A DNA stretch of 63,768 nucleotides, filler included, from Octopus bimaculoides (GCF_001194135.2; 6 parts of 6 records of this genome joined end to end with filler, not necessarily neighbours in it), one strand, 5' to 3'; counted from the first letter of the whole stretch, positions 37,908 through 51,487 are shown. The notes: generated by a model not told the origin, from the letters alone. Translations and numbers: made by a program.

Positions 37908-37994
37908 AATACATATATATGCATATAAATGTCTATATATATCTATGTATGTTTGCCTGTATGAGTATATATATGAATATTCTTTCAATCTTTT

Positions 37995-38190
37995 ATTTAT
38001 TTCAGCCATTTTGGCTGCGGCCACGCTGGAGCACCGAATTTTAGTCGAACACATCGTCACCAGGACTTATTCTTTCTAAGTCTAGAACTTATTCCAACAA
38101 TCTCTTCCGCCGAAACGCTACGTTACGAGGACGTAAACACACCAACATCGGTTGTAAAGCGATGGCGGGGGACAATCACTGACACACAAA
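37995..38190 (-). mobile_element. SINE family B, 3' half, inverted relative to 37421-37822
   Basis: ttcagccattttggctgcggccacgctggagcacc...gacgtaaacacaccaacatcggttgt. Confidence 0.88.
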
Positions 38191-38205
38191 CATACACACA
38201 CATAC

Positions 38206-38242
<37 letters not shown>

Positions 38243-38644
38243 CATACATAAACACAAACATAGACACACATATACATACAAGCACACACGCTTTAAATGA
38301 TATATAGCTGTCTTGTTATTGATATCAAGCTGCGATTTTATTAATGACGTCATCATTAATAATGATAAAACGGTTCTTAAGTTTAAAATTCAATAATAAA
38401 TAGTGAATTAAATATGAGAGGAAGTTAACATCAAAATATCGATTGATATTTATTGATTTCTAACGGACGTTAAAGGTTACACATTCTAGAGTTTTGTGTT
38501 GACAATTCTATCCTGAGTCTGTTCTCTAGTAGACCCCAGTTAGATGAAATTGATAGATGTTCTTGTTCCGATTTGAACTTGCACTCCGAAGAATTAGCAG
38601 AATTTGTCGAGCGCTCTAAAATTGTCATCCAATAATAATAATAA

Positions 38645-39042
38645 CACCGTCGGCCAGATATTGCTATCTTAAATAAGAGAGGTAAATACTACCAGATCAT
38701 TGATGTAATCATACCAAATGATATGAATATTGGCAGTAAGAAGGTTGAAAAAATCACCAAGTACTCCGAAGTGAAAGTGAAAATGGCAAGACTGTATGGA
38801 ATGCGAGAGGGTAATGTAAAAGTGATACCAGTGGTGATCGTAGCGTTGGGATCAATCCCATTGAAACTCCAAGACTTCTTTAGGCAACTAGAAATCCCAT
38901 GCAAGATTGATGTCTTGCAAAAAGCAGCCTTATTGGGAACAGCGCACATCTTAAGGAAAGTATTATCTGTCTGAGGACCTTGTTGTGACTTGACAGATGA
39001 CTAAAGACTCCGGTGCATTTTTACCTACACTGTGTTACGAAA

Positions 39043-39045
<3 letters not shown>
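38645..39045 (+). mobile_element. R4/Dong-like LINE 3' fragment (RLE domain)
   Basis: HRRPDIAILNKRGKYYQIIDVIIPND...EKITKYSEVK...IPVVIVALGSIP...LQKAALLGTAHILRKVLSV*; (TAA)n on both flanks. Confidence 0.9.
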
Positions 39046-39139
<94 letters not shown>

Positions 39140-39140
<1 letters not shown>

Positions 39141-39352
39141 GCTTCAAATTTTTCCACAAGGGCAGCAGTTTTGGTGGATAGGCTAAATCGATTATACTGA
39201 CCCTAGAGTTTCACAGGTACTTATTTTATCGACCCCAAAAGGATGAAAGGTAAAGTCGACGTTGGTGGAACTTGAACACAGAACATAAAGACAGTCGAAA
39301 TAACGTTAAGCATTTTGCCCGGCGTGCTAACTATTCTGCCAACTCGCCGCCC
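39140..39352 (-). mobile_element. SINE family A
   Basis: tacttattttatcgaccccaaaaggatgaaaggtaaagtcgac...ctattctgccaactcgccgcc. Confidence 0.88.
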
Positions 39353-39379
39353 TACTACTACTACTACTACTACTACTAC

Positions 39380-39432
<53 letters not shown>

Positions 39433-39460
39433 GATGATCATGATGATCATGATGATCATG

Positions 39461-39526
<66 letters not shown>

Positions 39527-39979
39527 GTAATAATAGTAGTTTGGAATCTCGGAACAAATATTGTTATTTAAGGGATTAGGTGCAAGAGAGACACATCGAC
39601 CTCAATATTTCAGTGGTCCTTTATTTTAAAGACCCGAAAGGATGACGGATAAAGATGACATCGGCGGTATTTCGACCGTAGACAGTTGGAAGAAGTGCTA
39701 CTTCTAATTCTTAGAAAGAAGAAGGAGAAGAAGGAGAAGAAGAAAGAGGAGGAGTAGGCGGAGAGGATGGTAGAAGAAGAAGGGCAGCAACAGCTACCAC
39801 AGCATGACCTTCACGAACTTTTTTACGGTAAAAAATTGTGACTGTTTACAATGAAACCGAATAAAAGAAAATAATGAAAGTGAAAGTGAAAGTGAAAGTA
39901 CAGTATCATGTACATACATATACGCTCATATATATATATGTGTGTGTGTGTATGTATGTATGTATGTATGTATATGGAC

Positions 39980-40025
<46 letters not shown>

Positions 40026-40870
40026 ATGTTTATATATACAAACATACTTATATACATAGTTATGGTTATGTACACTGTCACGGCTCGTATAAACATGTAT
40101 ACATGTGTGTGTGTGTGTGTATATATATTCAGTGTATTATATACACAATATATTATATGCACAGTACACTGTATACACAGTAAATAAATATTATATAACG
40201 CCTAAAGAGGAGGCCCATAGCATGAAAAGCAGTCAGTGAACTCCACAGGGCGATGGAAGAAGAAGAGGCCATTACATGTACAAATTACAAAACCACCGGA
40301 GAGAGAAGACCATCGTATCGATTATTAAAAAAGAAAACCAATACAAAACGGTAATGGAAAACAAATGTATGAAATAAATGAAATTAAACGTCTCAATGGA
40401 GTGAGACACTTAGAATGAAATCAAGGAACACTGTAGATCCGGAAATCAAGAGATCTCTACCTATAAAGAACAATTTCACTCTCAGCAGTATTTTTCCGGC
40501 TTACAGGCGCATGCTGAGTTGAGCGATTTTCGATGAGGTTATTTGGCTATCTTGCTTCTGTCGTTCGCTATTCGACAGGTTTGCTGGTGTGGTGGTGCGG
40601 TGGTGCGGTGAGGGCAATGGCATTGCTTTCCATCCCTTAACCTTCTCCCTTTAAGTAGTACTTGAAAATTCATGAGGCTTTCGTTGCTGAGGAGAAACAT
40701 GTCATTTGATATATCGTTAATGGGATGGACAACTTTAAGACATCTCGATGGCAATAGAAGTGAGTTTAAAGAAAGCGCATAAATACTACAGCCTTTTCTC
40801 AGCATACTTATAAAAGACAATGCGTACTTGTATGTGTGTGTGTGTATGCGTATATATATATATATATATA

Positions 40871-41139
40871 CTGTTGTGTCTGGGGAGAGTCATTTTCTTA
40901 TCGTGCCTTAAAATTTAACACACTCACCGTTAAAATTTCCACTTATTAATTTTTTTTATTTTCCTAAAATTTTCGTTCCGTCTTGCAACGGGCCTCCATG
41001 CTATGGGCCTCCATGCTATGGGCCTCCATGCTACGGGCCTCCTCTTTAGGAAAATAAAAAATAATAAGTGGAAATTTTAACGGTGAGTGTGTTAAATTTT
41101 AAGGCACGGTAAGAAAATGACTCTCTCCAGACACAACAG
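40871..41139. repeat. Fold-back with ~97-bp arms and a 15-bp x3 tandem repeat in the loop
   Basis: Arms 40871-40968/41045-41139; ggcctccatgcta(t/c)g x3 at 40991-41035. Confidence 0.9.
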
Positions 41140-41214
41140 AATATGCTTCAACACACGAAATCACATATATATGTATGTATATACATATATATTCTTCTTT
41201 TCTTTTCAATTTTT

Positions 41215-41400
41215 TATTTGTTTCGGTCATTGGACAGAAGCCATACTGGAGCACCGCCTTTAGTCGAACAAATCGACCTCAGAACTTATTCTTTGTAAGC
41301 CGAGTACTTATTCTATCGGTATCTTTTGCGGAACAGCTAAGTTACGGGGACGTAAACACACCAACATCGCTTGTCAAGTGATCGTGGGGAGACTAACACA
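41215..41400 (-). mobile_element. SINE family B, 3' half
   Basis: ggagcaccgcctttagtcgaacaaatcgacc...ggggacgtaaacacaccaacatcgcttgtcaag. Confidence 0.88.
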
Positions 41401-41425
41401 GACACACAAATATACACACACACAA

Positions 41426-41506
<81 letters not shown>

Positions 41507-41838
41507 GACGGGCTCCAATGGAGACAGGAAGCTGTATAACCGTGATTTTAATGTTTGTTACCTGATTTATTTCGACTAGACACCACCAGAATTACCAAGG
41601 ATTTTTATACTGGTTCAGTATAAATCTAGGTCTTTGATATAACTCAGAACATCCGTAAATTTCTTAAGATTATCTATATATCCCCTGGAAATATCTTCCG
41701 TATGGTGAAAGCGTGTGTGCGGCTTTACATGGAAGATTGGTAACGGTTGCTCATGCATGGAATCTCTCATTTCCATGTGACCAACATTCAAGAGCCGTGT
41801 GAAGGGCCGATGGAACTTTGTACAAATGTACAAATATT

Positions 41839-41870
<32 letters not shown>

Positions 41871-42229
41871 TGTATGATATATCTGTGTATATATGTGTGA
41901 GTGCGTTTTTGTGTATACATACATACATAAATACATACATACATACATACATACATACATACATACATAGACAGTAAGGCACGCTCGTAGCGTTTGTAAT
42001 TAAACAGTTGTAATTCGAAAAAATCACTAAAGAGAAGAAAAAAAAAAGACTTTAAAATTTTTCATAGAGAATTGTTTTATCTTCCATTTCTCCAAGACAA
42101 AATCGAATTTATCTCAGCATCGACTGAATGAATAACATAATTTTAATGAACTACAAGTAAAGATTATTAAAGTGTGTGTATATTTTGATTAAATTAAATT
42201 ATGTAAAGTTGACACGTACAGCTGTAGCA

Positions 42230-42362
42230 ATATCTACGTATGTTTAAAGCGGACCGGAGCTATAACAGAAGGCACTGGCACAAGTCGCCTCGCAGTGGAG
42301 CTGAACCCGAAACCACGTTGTACCAAAGCCAGTTTCTTAGCCATACAACCATGATTGCGCCT
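42230..42362 (-). mobile_element. SINE family B, diverged 5' half
   Basis: ggcacaagtcgcctcgcagtggagctgaacccgaaaccacg...tagccatacaaccatgattgcgcc. Confidence 0.7.
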
Positions 42363-42619
42363 CTAACCTTGTCTGCCATTATCGCTATTTATCTATGTAT
42401 TTATTTATTTATTTCCATTTATATATTTGATATTTCTGTTGCTTTTCTTTCGGATTGCTATTTCGACCATGATCGATTTGTTCCATAATTCTTTGATTTT
42501 TGTTCTTTTATTGCTCTGATGTCTGGTTCTCTTGGTTTCATGTAAAGAAATTCCCTTGCCAAAATATTACCTGATGTTCCATTTACTTGCCAAGATACTC
42601 ATCATCAATAGCTGCAGCA

Positions 42620-42785
42620 GCATCACTTAGCGTCCGTTGTCCCATGCTGGCATGAGTTGGGCGGTTTGACCAGAGCTGGCAACCTGGGCAGCTGAACCAG
42701 ACTCTAGTCTGATTTGCAATGGTTTCTACGGCTGGATGCCCTTCCTATCGCCAACCACTTCACAGGGTGTACTGGGCGCTTTTAT
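42620..42785 (-). mobile_element. LINE tail with V-domain-like motif
   Basis: gtttctacggctggatgcccttcctatcgccaaccac, homologous to 14985-15015. Confidence 0.75.
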
Positions 42786-42929
42786 GTTGTAAAGTTTCAT
42801 ATTTCATGCTACAAGGAGTAATGCGACCTGGACGCAACATGAAGCTTGGTCAACCCTAGCGGGTCCGCCTAACTGAGGGCGTCTAATTGCTGAAAGACCC
42901 GAGACCCTTAATGACTCCAGAAAATATTG

Positions 42930-43120
42930 CTGATGTTGTGTTCACGTGCATCACGAAATGATGTAGGGAAAAAGTGATTTGAACATTTTGCTGTGTCTCT
43001 TCGTGAAAAAGTTTTTCAACCTCAAAGGAAATGAGCCCCACAAGGTGAGATTCTGCTGCAGGGAGTGCCGCTGGCCATTCTCCACGCAACCAGTTGCTCC
43101 AAACGCCCATCTTCTGCCGC
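42930..43120 (-). pseudogene. Possible Tc1/mariner transposase remnant
   Basis: gaa tgg cca gcg ... tca cct tgt ... ttc ctt resembles the EWP.RSPDL.P.DFFLWG motif only after frameshifts. Confidence 0.25.
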
Positions 43121-43217
43121 TTAGTTTTCCCCTCCATTTTTCTGCTTTGTTTTTTTACAATGAAATTGTGATTCAATTTTTATGTAAACAAAACAACTGA
43201 TTATTTAAAATAAAAAT

Positions 43218-43370
43218 GGCGTAGCTGTATAGTAAGAAGCTTGTTTCACAAGCACATGGTTCCGGGTTCGGTCCCACTGCGTGCCCCTTTCGGCAAGTGT
43301 CTTCTATTATAGCCTCAGGCCGACCAATATTTTGTAATTGGATTTGGTAGACAGCAAATGAAACAAGACC
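43218..43370 (+). mobile_element. SINE family B, 5' half
   Basis: ggcgtagctgtatagtaagaagcttg...ggttccgggttcggtcccactgcg...ggcaagtgtcttctattatagcctcaggccgacc. Confidence 0.85.
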
Positions 43371-43953
43371 ACCGAGAAGAACAAACCCATAACATCCCAT
43401 TCGGGAAGTGATTTGAATTGGTTTTGAGGTTTGTATATCGCAAAACTTAGTATAGAATCGATTTTGGAAAAAAATTAATGAAAAGTCATAAGAGTGTAGA
43501 ATTGTTGTACATTGATCACTTAGAGGCCAAAGGGATTTGCTGGGAGAAACCAGTAGTCTTTACTGGGAGAAACCAAGGACTTAGATATTTACGTATATGA
43601 TAAATTTAATGCATTTAGGTTATACAAAAGTATGGCAGTTCAAATAGTTTGCTAGCACAAACACATTTACGTTCACGCACATGTATATGTTTGTATGTGT
43701 GTGTGTGTGCGAGCAATATACAGACATGCATATATATATATATGTATCCTCACGTCATATCATGTGATGTGACTATGGGATCACGCTCAAGAATAAGAAG
43801 ACTCATAAAGGATAGAATTTAAATCGTAAATTTCGCATATATTCCTTATTTTCGATTTTATTCTAGATAAACCATTCGTTAGATGGACTTGATTCCTGCA
43901 AATAAACACAAATCTATGAAAGAATTTATGTATGCATGGAAATGTATAATATG

Positions 43954-44019
<66 letters not shown>

Positions 44020-44394
44020 TGTGTGGGAGGGTCTAAGTATGTACGTATATATGTATGGGGGTGTATATATGTTTATATATTTATGTATATAAGTATTTAT
44101 ATGTATATTTATAGTGTCTATACACATACATATGCATATATGGATATATACATATATGAGACACCTATATATGCACACACTATATATATATATATATATA
44201 TATATAATACACTCTCTCTTTCCTTTCCTGAGCGTCCAATAATACTATCCATATCACGTCCTCACTTTGTCGTTTTTTTGTTTTTCTGTTATTGTGTTTT
44301 TGAACTATATATATATATATATACATACGCAGAAAAACAAAAAAATATACATATGCATAAATATATATTTATAAACATATGTATGTATGTATGT

Positions 44395-44429
<35 letters not shown>

Positions 44430-44757
44430 TATAGATAGATAGATAGATAGATAGATATATATATATATATATAGATAGATAGATAGATATGTTTTTATTA
44501 TAGCCACACAGGGCTGAACACAGAAATTGGACNNNNNNNNNNNNNNNNNNNNNNNNNNNNNNNNNNNNNNNNNNNNTTAATTAATTAANNNNNNNNNNNN
44601 NNNNNNNNNNNNNNNNNNNNNNNNNNNNNNNNTATATATATATATACATATACATAATATAAACATATATATACATACATATATATATACATATACATAT
44701 ACATATATATACATATACAAATATATATATACATATATGTTTATATATGCATGTATT

Positions 44758-44789
<32 letters not shown>

Positions 44790-45599
44790 CATATATTTAT
44801 ATATATACATATATATACATATACACACATACATACACACACAATAGGCTTCCACAGCTTTTGTCAACCAAATTCATTCATAAGGCATTAGTCAGTCTTT
44901 GTCTCTAGTAGAATACACTTGCTCAAGGCGCTGCACTGTAGGACTGAACCCGAAACCACGAGCATCGTAGCCACACACTCATGTGTGCTACTATACTTGC
45001 CACATTTAGACTGTCATCTGCCATGTTTGGTTTTGATGTCTTCCATTTTCAATCTGACACTCTAACGAGTCGCCAGTTTTGAACGATTGTAGAATGAACT
45101 CTGTGAAAACTATTAAAGGACAAAAGTGATTGTGTTAAATCAAGTGACCTGTTAGGTCTCGCACGTAAGGTCTACGGTAGTAGCTTGGTGTAGATGGTAG
45201 AATACCGGGTTAAATCGCTCGTCTGTATGTAATTGTACTGCTTTTACGTTTTGAGATCAAATTCGTTCACAAGTACTACCATCACCACTGACCCTAAGCT
45301 GGATTTTATCATACCTTTCCAGTATCGAAAATGATCGTCGCCATTATCCTCTTCCTCCATACCAACACCGATCTTCAAGCGCCATTCACAATGAACCTCC
45401 ACTTATTCTTGTCGTCTGTTGCTGTGAGTACAAACTCAATTATCCCATTCCAGCACCTCAGCGTACACTGTTGGGGGGGTCTTCCTTATTTTCTCTTTAT
45501 TTTGATTTTCAATATAACACTTATTGAATTAATTCATCTTTTCTTTGCTAGAAGCACCCACAGATCCTGTGTTTAATTAGAGCCTGTGTTTAATTAGAA

Positions 45600-46010
45600 T
45601 TGCAGTTATTTCGAGAATGTTATCATACACTCGTTTGAAAGTCAAGAGCGCTTTCTATGAAGAGTTTATGGCTATTCCGAGCAACCAAGTGGATACTCCC
45701 TGTAAGTGTCTAGAGGTGTCGTAATAAGAGTTCAACACAGCTCTCCATAGAAAATGTTTTCTATAGCTACTCTAAAGAATTAAACCTTTGTATATTTTGG
45801 CTGGTCATTTTCCACTGATTCTATTTCGCCCAATATGGGCCAAACCACTCCAGTTTAAGTTTTCATATTAGTATCTGCCAAGGAAGAGCCTAGGTGTCAG
45901 TTGATTACTTGTTTAAAATTTCTGCCTTTCGATGTCTTTATTTTTGCTTCTATGTTGTAAAGCATGAATTCAGTTTCTCTGTCATCGATGTTCAATTGAT
46001 ATTAGTAACA
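45600..46010 (-). pseudogene. Decayed RTE-type reverse transcriptase C-terminal region
   Basis: Minus frames give FKQVIN*HLGSS and FFRVAIENIFYGELC*TL, matching the FKYLGS and ES.LLYG.E.WT motifs. Confidence 0.55.
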
Positions 46011-46485
46011 CATTAATCTAAATTCTCTACAAATATTTAATCTTGAAACAACACGAAAAATAATTTTAGATACAAAACGGCGTCAGTCACTTGCAACCAC
46101 CAGGTATCACGCCGATCGCTAATGATTTTTAGGTGCACATAATGGAAACTACAATATTAGGACTAATTTTAATCTTGCCATATATTCAATTTATTTAATT
46201 TTTGACTGATTTTAATTTTGTTTTATTCAATTCAACTAATTTTAATTCAGCGTTCCACTTCCTGTAGGTCGATATATTTGCCAACATTGTCAAAATTCAA
46301 TGCTGATATCATTAAAAATATTTTCTATAATATTTATTTTTACAATGATTTTGATTTTTACACTTGTTTTTCAACATTATTTTTATAACTCAATTTCAAT
46401 TTATTATTATCAATAGAAATCGTTAATAAAAGAAATTATCATCATCATCATCATCAGCAGCAGCAGCAGTAGCAGTAGCAGCATG

Positions 46486-46519
<34 letters not shown>

Positions 46520-46542
<23 letters not shown>

Positions 46543-46941
46543 TAGTCTTATTTTCATCACTGGACTACCGAGCTCAGCTCTGTGTGCCTTGGGTATGTGC
46601 TATGGTTTGTTGTGGTGCTCTTATTTTCACTTTATTGAAAGTGTTTTACGTAAGATGTGTGCGGTACCTAGTAGTGCTATTTTCCGTAGGTTATATATAC
46701 TTGTAAGTCCTGGTGTTTTTGTTATGTAGATGTCTGAATGTTTTTTATCATACCTAATGCATCTACTATTATAGGAATTGTTTCTGTTTTTAGGCTCTAT
46801 TTGACTTACCTCTATTTCCAGATCTTCGTGTTTTAAAAGCTTCTCCGTTTCTTTTAGAGAAACGTTGTCATCTGTTGGTATTGATACATCGATTAGAAAG
46901 CATTTTTTTTTCTTGGTGATCTCTGACAACTATATCCGGTT
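46520..46941 (-). mobile_element. R4/Dong-like LINE 3' fragment (RLE domain)
   Basis: KPDIVV..CFLIDVSIPTDDNVSLKETEKL...KIALLGTAHILRKTLSIK*, 3' UTR, (TAA)n on both flanks. Confidence 0.9.
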
Positions 46942-47204
46942 TATTATTATTATTTTCATTATCATCTCTCAGTTCTGTTTCCATTTCGTGCCGAGTGCTT
47001 CCTGACACCTAGGGCAGTGAAGCACGCTGTATACATTGGTAGGCCATTAAAATAAACACTCAAGATTGTTCATTTACAAAGTTATGTGATAGAGAAAAGG
47101 GGGAAGAAAAAAAGAGAAAAACAAAAAATAAAAAATAAAAAATAAACAAAGAAACTAAAGAGGGAAAAGGAAAGAAAATTCACTGCGTATCATCATCATC
47201 ATCA

Positions 47205-47265
<61 letters not shown>

Positions 47266-47269
47266 CATT

Positions 47270-48585
<1,316 letters not shown>

Positions 48586-50158
48586 AATTATTGTTTCAAT
48601 TTGTTTTATTAGTTATTGTAAGTTTTCTGTTTTCAATCATCAGCTCTGAACAAAAAGTAAATGTTACTATATATATGTTGAGCGTTTTTTGTTGTTGTTG
48701 TTGTTGCTGTTTTCGTTTGTTTACCCAAAATTATCTGTGTATGAGATGTAGGTGTATTTGTGCATGTAGATATACATATATTTGTATGGTTATGTAAATA
48801 TATGTATATGTAAATGTGTGCGTGTTTTTACTGGAGTATGACGGCGATAGATGTAAAGATAGAAAACGGAAAAACTGATGCCTTAGGCAAAAAAAAAGCT
48901 GTGTGATATTTGTTCCACCAATTTGCACAAACAATTCTTTGTCGCTTTCGCCGTTCCAAATGCAATGAACCATTAATTGTTTCGTTGGAAACCTGTATCC
49001 CGCGACGCTAATGTTCACCAGATGTGATATGAAATAAAACAAAGATAAATAAATCCTCAATATGAAATGTAGCATGTATTTTCCATGAAACATAGTAAAT
49101 ATGTTTAAGAATCTGCTGAATAGTTTTGTAAGTCCTGCAACCATATCATAGAACTCTTTGCTAATTATAATATCGGAACTTGAATAGGAAGACATAAATG
49201 ATATTTGCAGAAGTCAAATGAGTCAATATTTACGTAAATATACATTGTAGTTTTGCCCCTACGCAGATTTTCTTACTTTTATTTCTAAATATTCTTTAAA
49301 ATGAACTTAACCAGAAAACTGCAGGCGCTATTTCAAGGTTTCCTTCCATGCATCAGAATATTTCTAAAGATTCTGAAAAGGATGTCCCCTTTCAGAATCT
49401 AGCTGATAGAAAACAGAATTTCAGAAATTCTGACAGTCTGTTGTATTCAGTCCATCATCTGTTTCATTGTTAATAGTTTCAAATATAACACGACCGTTCC
49501 AAGAAAAAGAAAAGTTGGAAAATGAAACTAGTGTTGAAGCCTGATTCTTTAAGAATAGGTTATGCTCGCCTTAGAAATTCTGTAGGGCAACTCATTTGGT
49601 TGTATATAGAGGATGTAGAAAAACAAAGTGAGGGAGAGAGAGGAGATGAATGAATAAATACGATTGTCCTCTGCCATGGTTGATTTTTAAGTTAATAGCA
49701 GTTGGGTTCTTTGTTCTAGATTGTTCATGCTGACAAGATTAGTTGTCGAATAACAATTCATATTGAATCCTAAACTTAACGCACGACTGCGTCCATCCAC
49801 TGTTCTCTTCTGTCTGACCAACTCTTTCTGCCACTCTATTTGTTCTTTTTATAAACTGTGATTATCTTGATCAAATTTTGACTGACATTCAATCAATAAT
49901 TTTGTTTCATTAGAATTCTTACTGAGGTCAACCAATGAATATGATGCATGACTGTTGAGAGTTAGAGAACAGCACAGACAGTGACTTCGAAGTCTTAACC
50001 ACCCAAGCCATCATCTGATGATGGCTTAGCAGCCGAGGCCTCGAAGTTACTGTCAGCGCTATTTTTATTAATAATAAATTTTTAGTCTATTAAATACAAT
50101 GAGTAATCCTTCAGCTTTAATCTACAATCGTTTTTATTATAATATAAAAACAAACTTA

Positions 50159-50194
<36 letters not shown>

Positions 50195-50224
50195 TGTATG
50201 TATGTATGTATGTATGTATGTATG

Positions 50225-50540
50225 TGCAGGAGACTGACTGGGAGAACAATGCCTGTCATCGCCACAGACTGAGGAAGCAGGTTAAGGAGGGAATCGACAC
50301 TTTTGAAAGAGCACGTATTCTGCATGAAGAACTTAAGCGTGCTGCGCGAAAGCCCACGGTTGGTGTAGTGAATGGGGAAAGCTTGGTCTGCAATGTTTGC
50401 AGTCGTGTATGCTTGTCAAGAGCAGGGCTCATTAGCCACCAACGGAGCCACAAATGCAAAATACAAATTAGTCCTAGAGCGCACTATGTTCCTGAAAGTC
50501 GGCAATGGTCTTCCTCGGTCACGAGTAGACGGCCATCATG
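50225..50540 (+). mobile_element. RTE-type LINE 3' end with C-terminal C2H2-like knuckle
   Basis: WENNACHRHRLRKQVKEGIDTFE...CNVCSRVCLSRAGLISHQRSH; tail runs into (TGTA)n; (TATG)n also upstream. Confidence 0.85.
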
Positions 50541-50836
50541 TATGTATGTATGTATGTATGTATGTATGTATGCGTGTGTATGTGTATTAACAAGCGTGAA
50601 AAGAGAAATGAGTTCTCAACGTGTCTAAACAGAATATATTGGTTCGCTTGTTAGAGGTTAAAAGCACCGATCTACCCCCTGCTTAGTGTTTTCTGTCGTA
50701 GCTGATGTCCGTATGACGGAGCATCTTCATCATACAGAAAAGGAAGATCGGATTTGTTTAAGGAATAGAAGGTGACCCTCTGTTTCAACGAAGGGATTAA
50801 TAGAAATAACACAGAGATTTATGCAGCAGCAGCACG

Positions 50837-51252
50837 ATAAAGTGATAGTATGTTGTCAACTTAATGTGACGGTCTCATGAAAGGGAATAATGCTACTGTT
50901 ATTTAGCCCTAGGAAACACCGTTTGCTGTAGACTTGACACATTTCCTGTGTCCTTGTTTTCAAAGTGAAGATAAGCACCTCCACTCAGCTTGTAATATAT
51001 GTTTTCAAAGGCGGATAGGCATCGACAGCTAGTAGGCCATGCTACTCCAGACTGATGATGAGCAATGACTCTGAAACTAGTCTTTGGATGCTGGCTTTTC
51101 TGGGTGAAGGTTCTTATCTTCACTTTGAAAACAAGGACACAGGAAATGTGTCAAGTCCAACAGGAAACGGTCTTTCCTAGGGCTAAATAACAGTAGCACT
51201 CTTCCCTTTCATGGGACTGTCACATTAAGTTGACAACATACTATCACTTTAT
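50837..51252. mobile_element. Palindromic fold-back element with ~152-bp arms and a hammerhead-containing loop
   Basis: Arms 50837-50988/51100-51252 are reverse complements with scattered mismatches. Confidence 0.9.
51046..51088 (+). ncRNA. Minimal type I hammerhead ribozyme motif (Penelope type)
   Basis: Stem I UCCAGA/UUUGGA; CUGAUGA 51052-51058; stem II GAG-CAAUGA-CUC; GAAA 51073-51076; palindromic ACUAGU stem III; GUC cleavage triplet ending 51082. Confidence 0.65.
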
Positions 51253-51289
51253 TGAAGGAATTAATGACTGACTAAAATTAGGATGCTAC

Positions 51290-51450
51290 CACCACTGTTT
51301 GACAACCGGTGTTGGTATGTTTATGTCATCGTAAAATAGCGATTCGGCAAAATGGCCCTATAGAATAAGTACAGGGGTCGGTTAGTTCGATTAAAATTCT
51401 TCGAGGTGGTGTCTCAGCATGGCCGCAGTCTAAGGACTGAAACAAGTAAA
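51290..51450 (+). mobile_element. SINE family B, 3' half
   Basis: tttgacaaccggtgttggtatgtttatgtc...cagcatggccgcagtctaaggactgaaacaagtaaaa. Confidence 0.85.
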
Positions 51451-51487
51451 AAATAAAAGAAAAATAACAGTAATTTTCAGGGGAGAT

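Noticed and set aside
42979-43200. Zinc-finger-like CRECRWPF ORF with an AAG|GTGAGA donor
   Set aside because: His spacing does not fit C2H2, there is no good acceptor, and the opposite strand resembles a transposase remnant.
48731-49195. 154-aa hydrophobic ORF suggesting a membrane receptor
   Set aside because: No recognisable family motif or convincing splice sites; AT-rich Phe/Leu/Ile bias explains it.
50170-50628. C2H2 zinc-finger gene
   Set aside because: The CxxC...H...H knuckle follows RTE C-terminal motifs and ends in a retroposon tail, so it is a LINE fragment.
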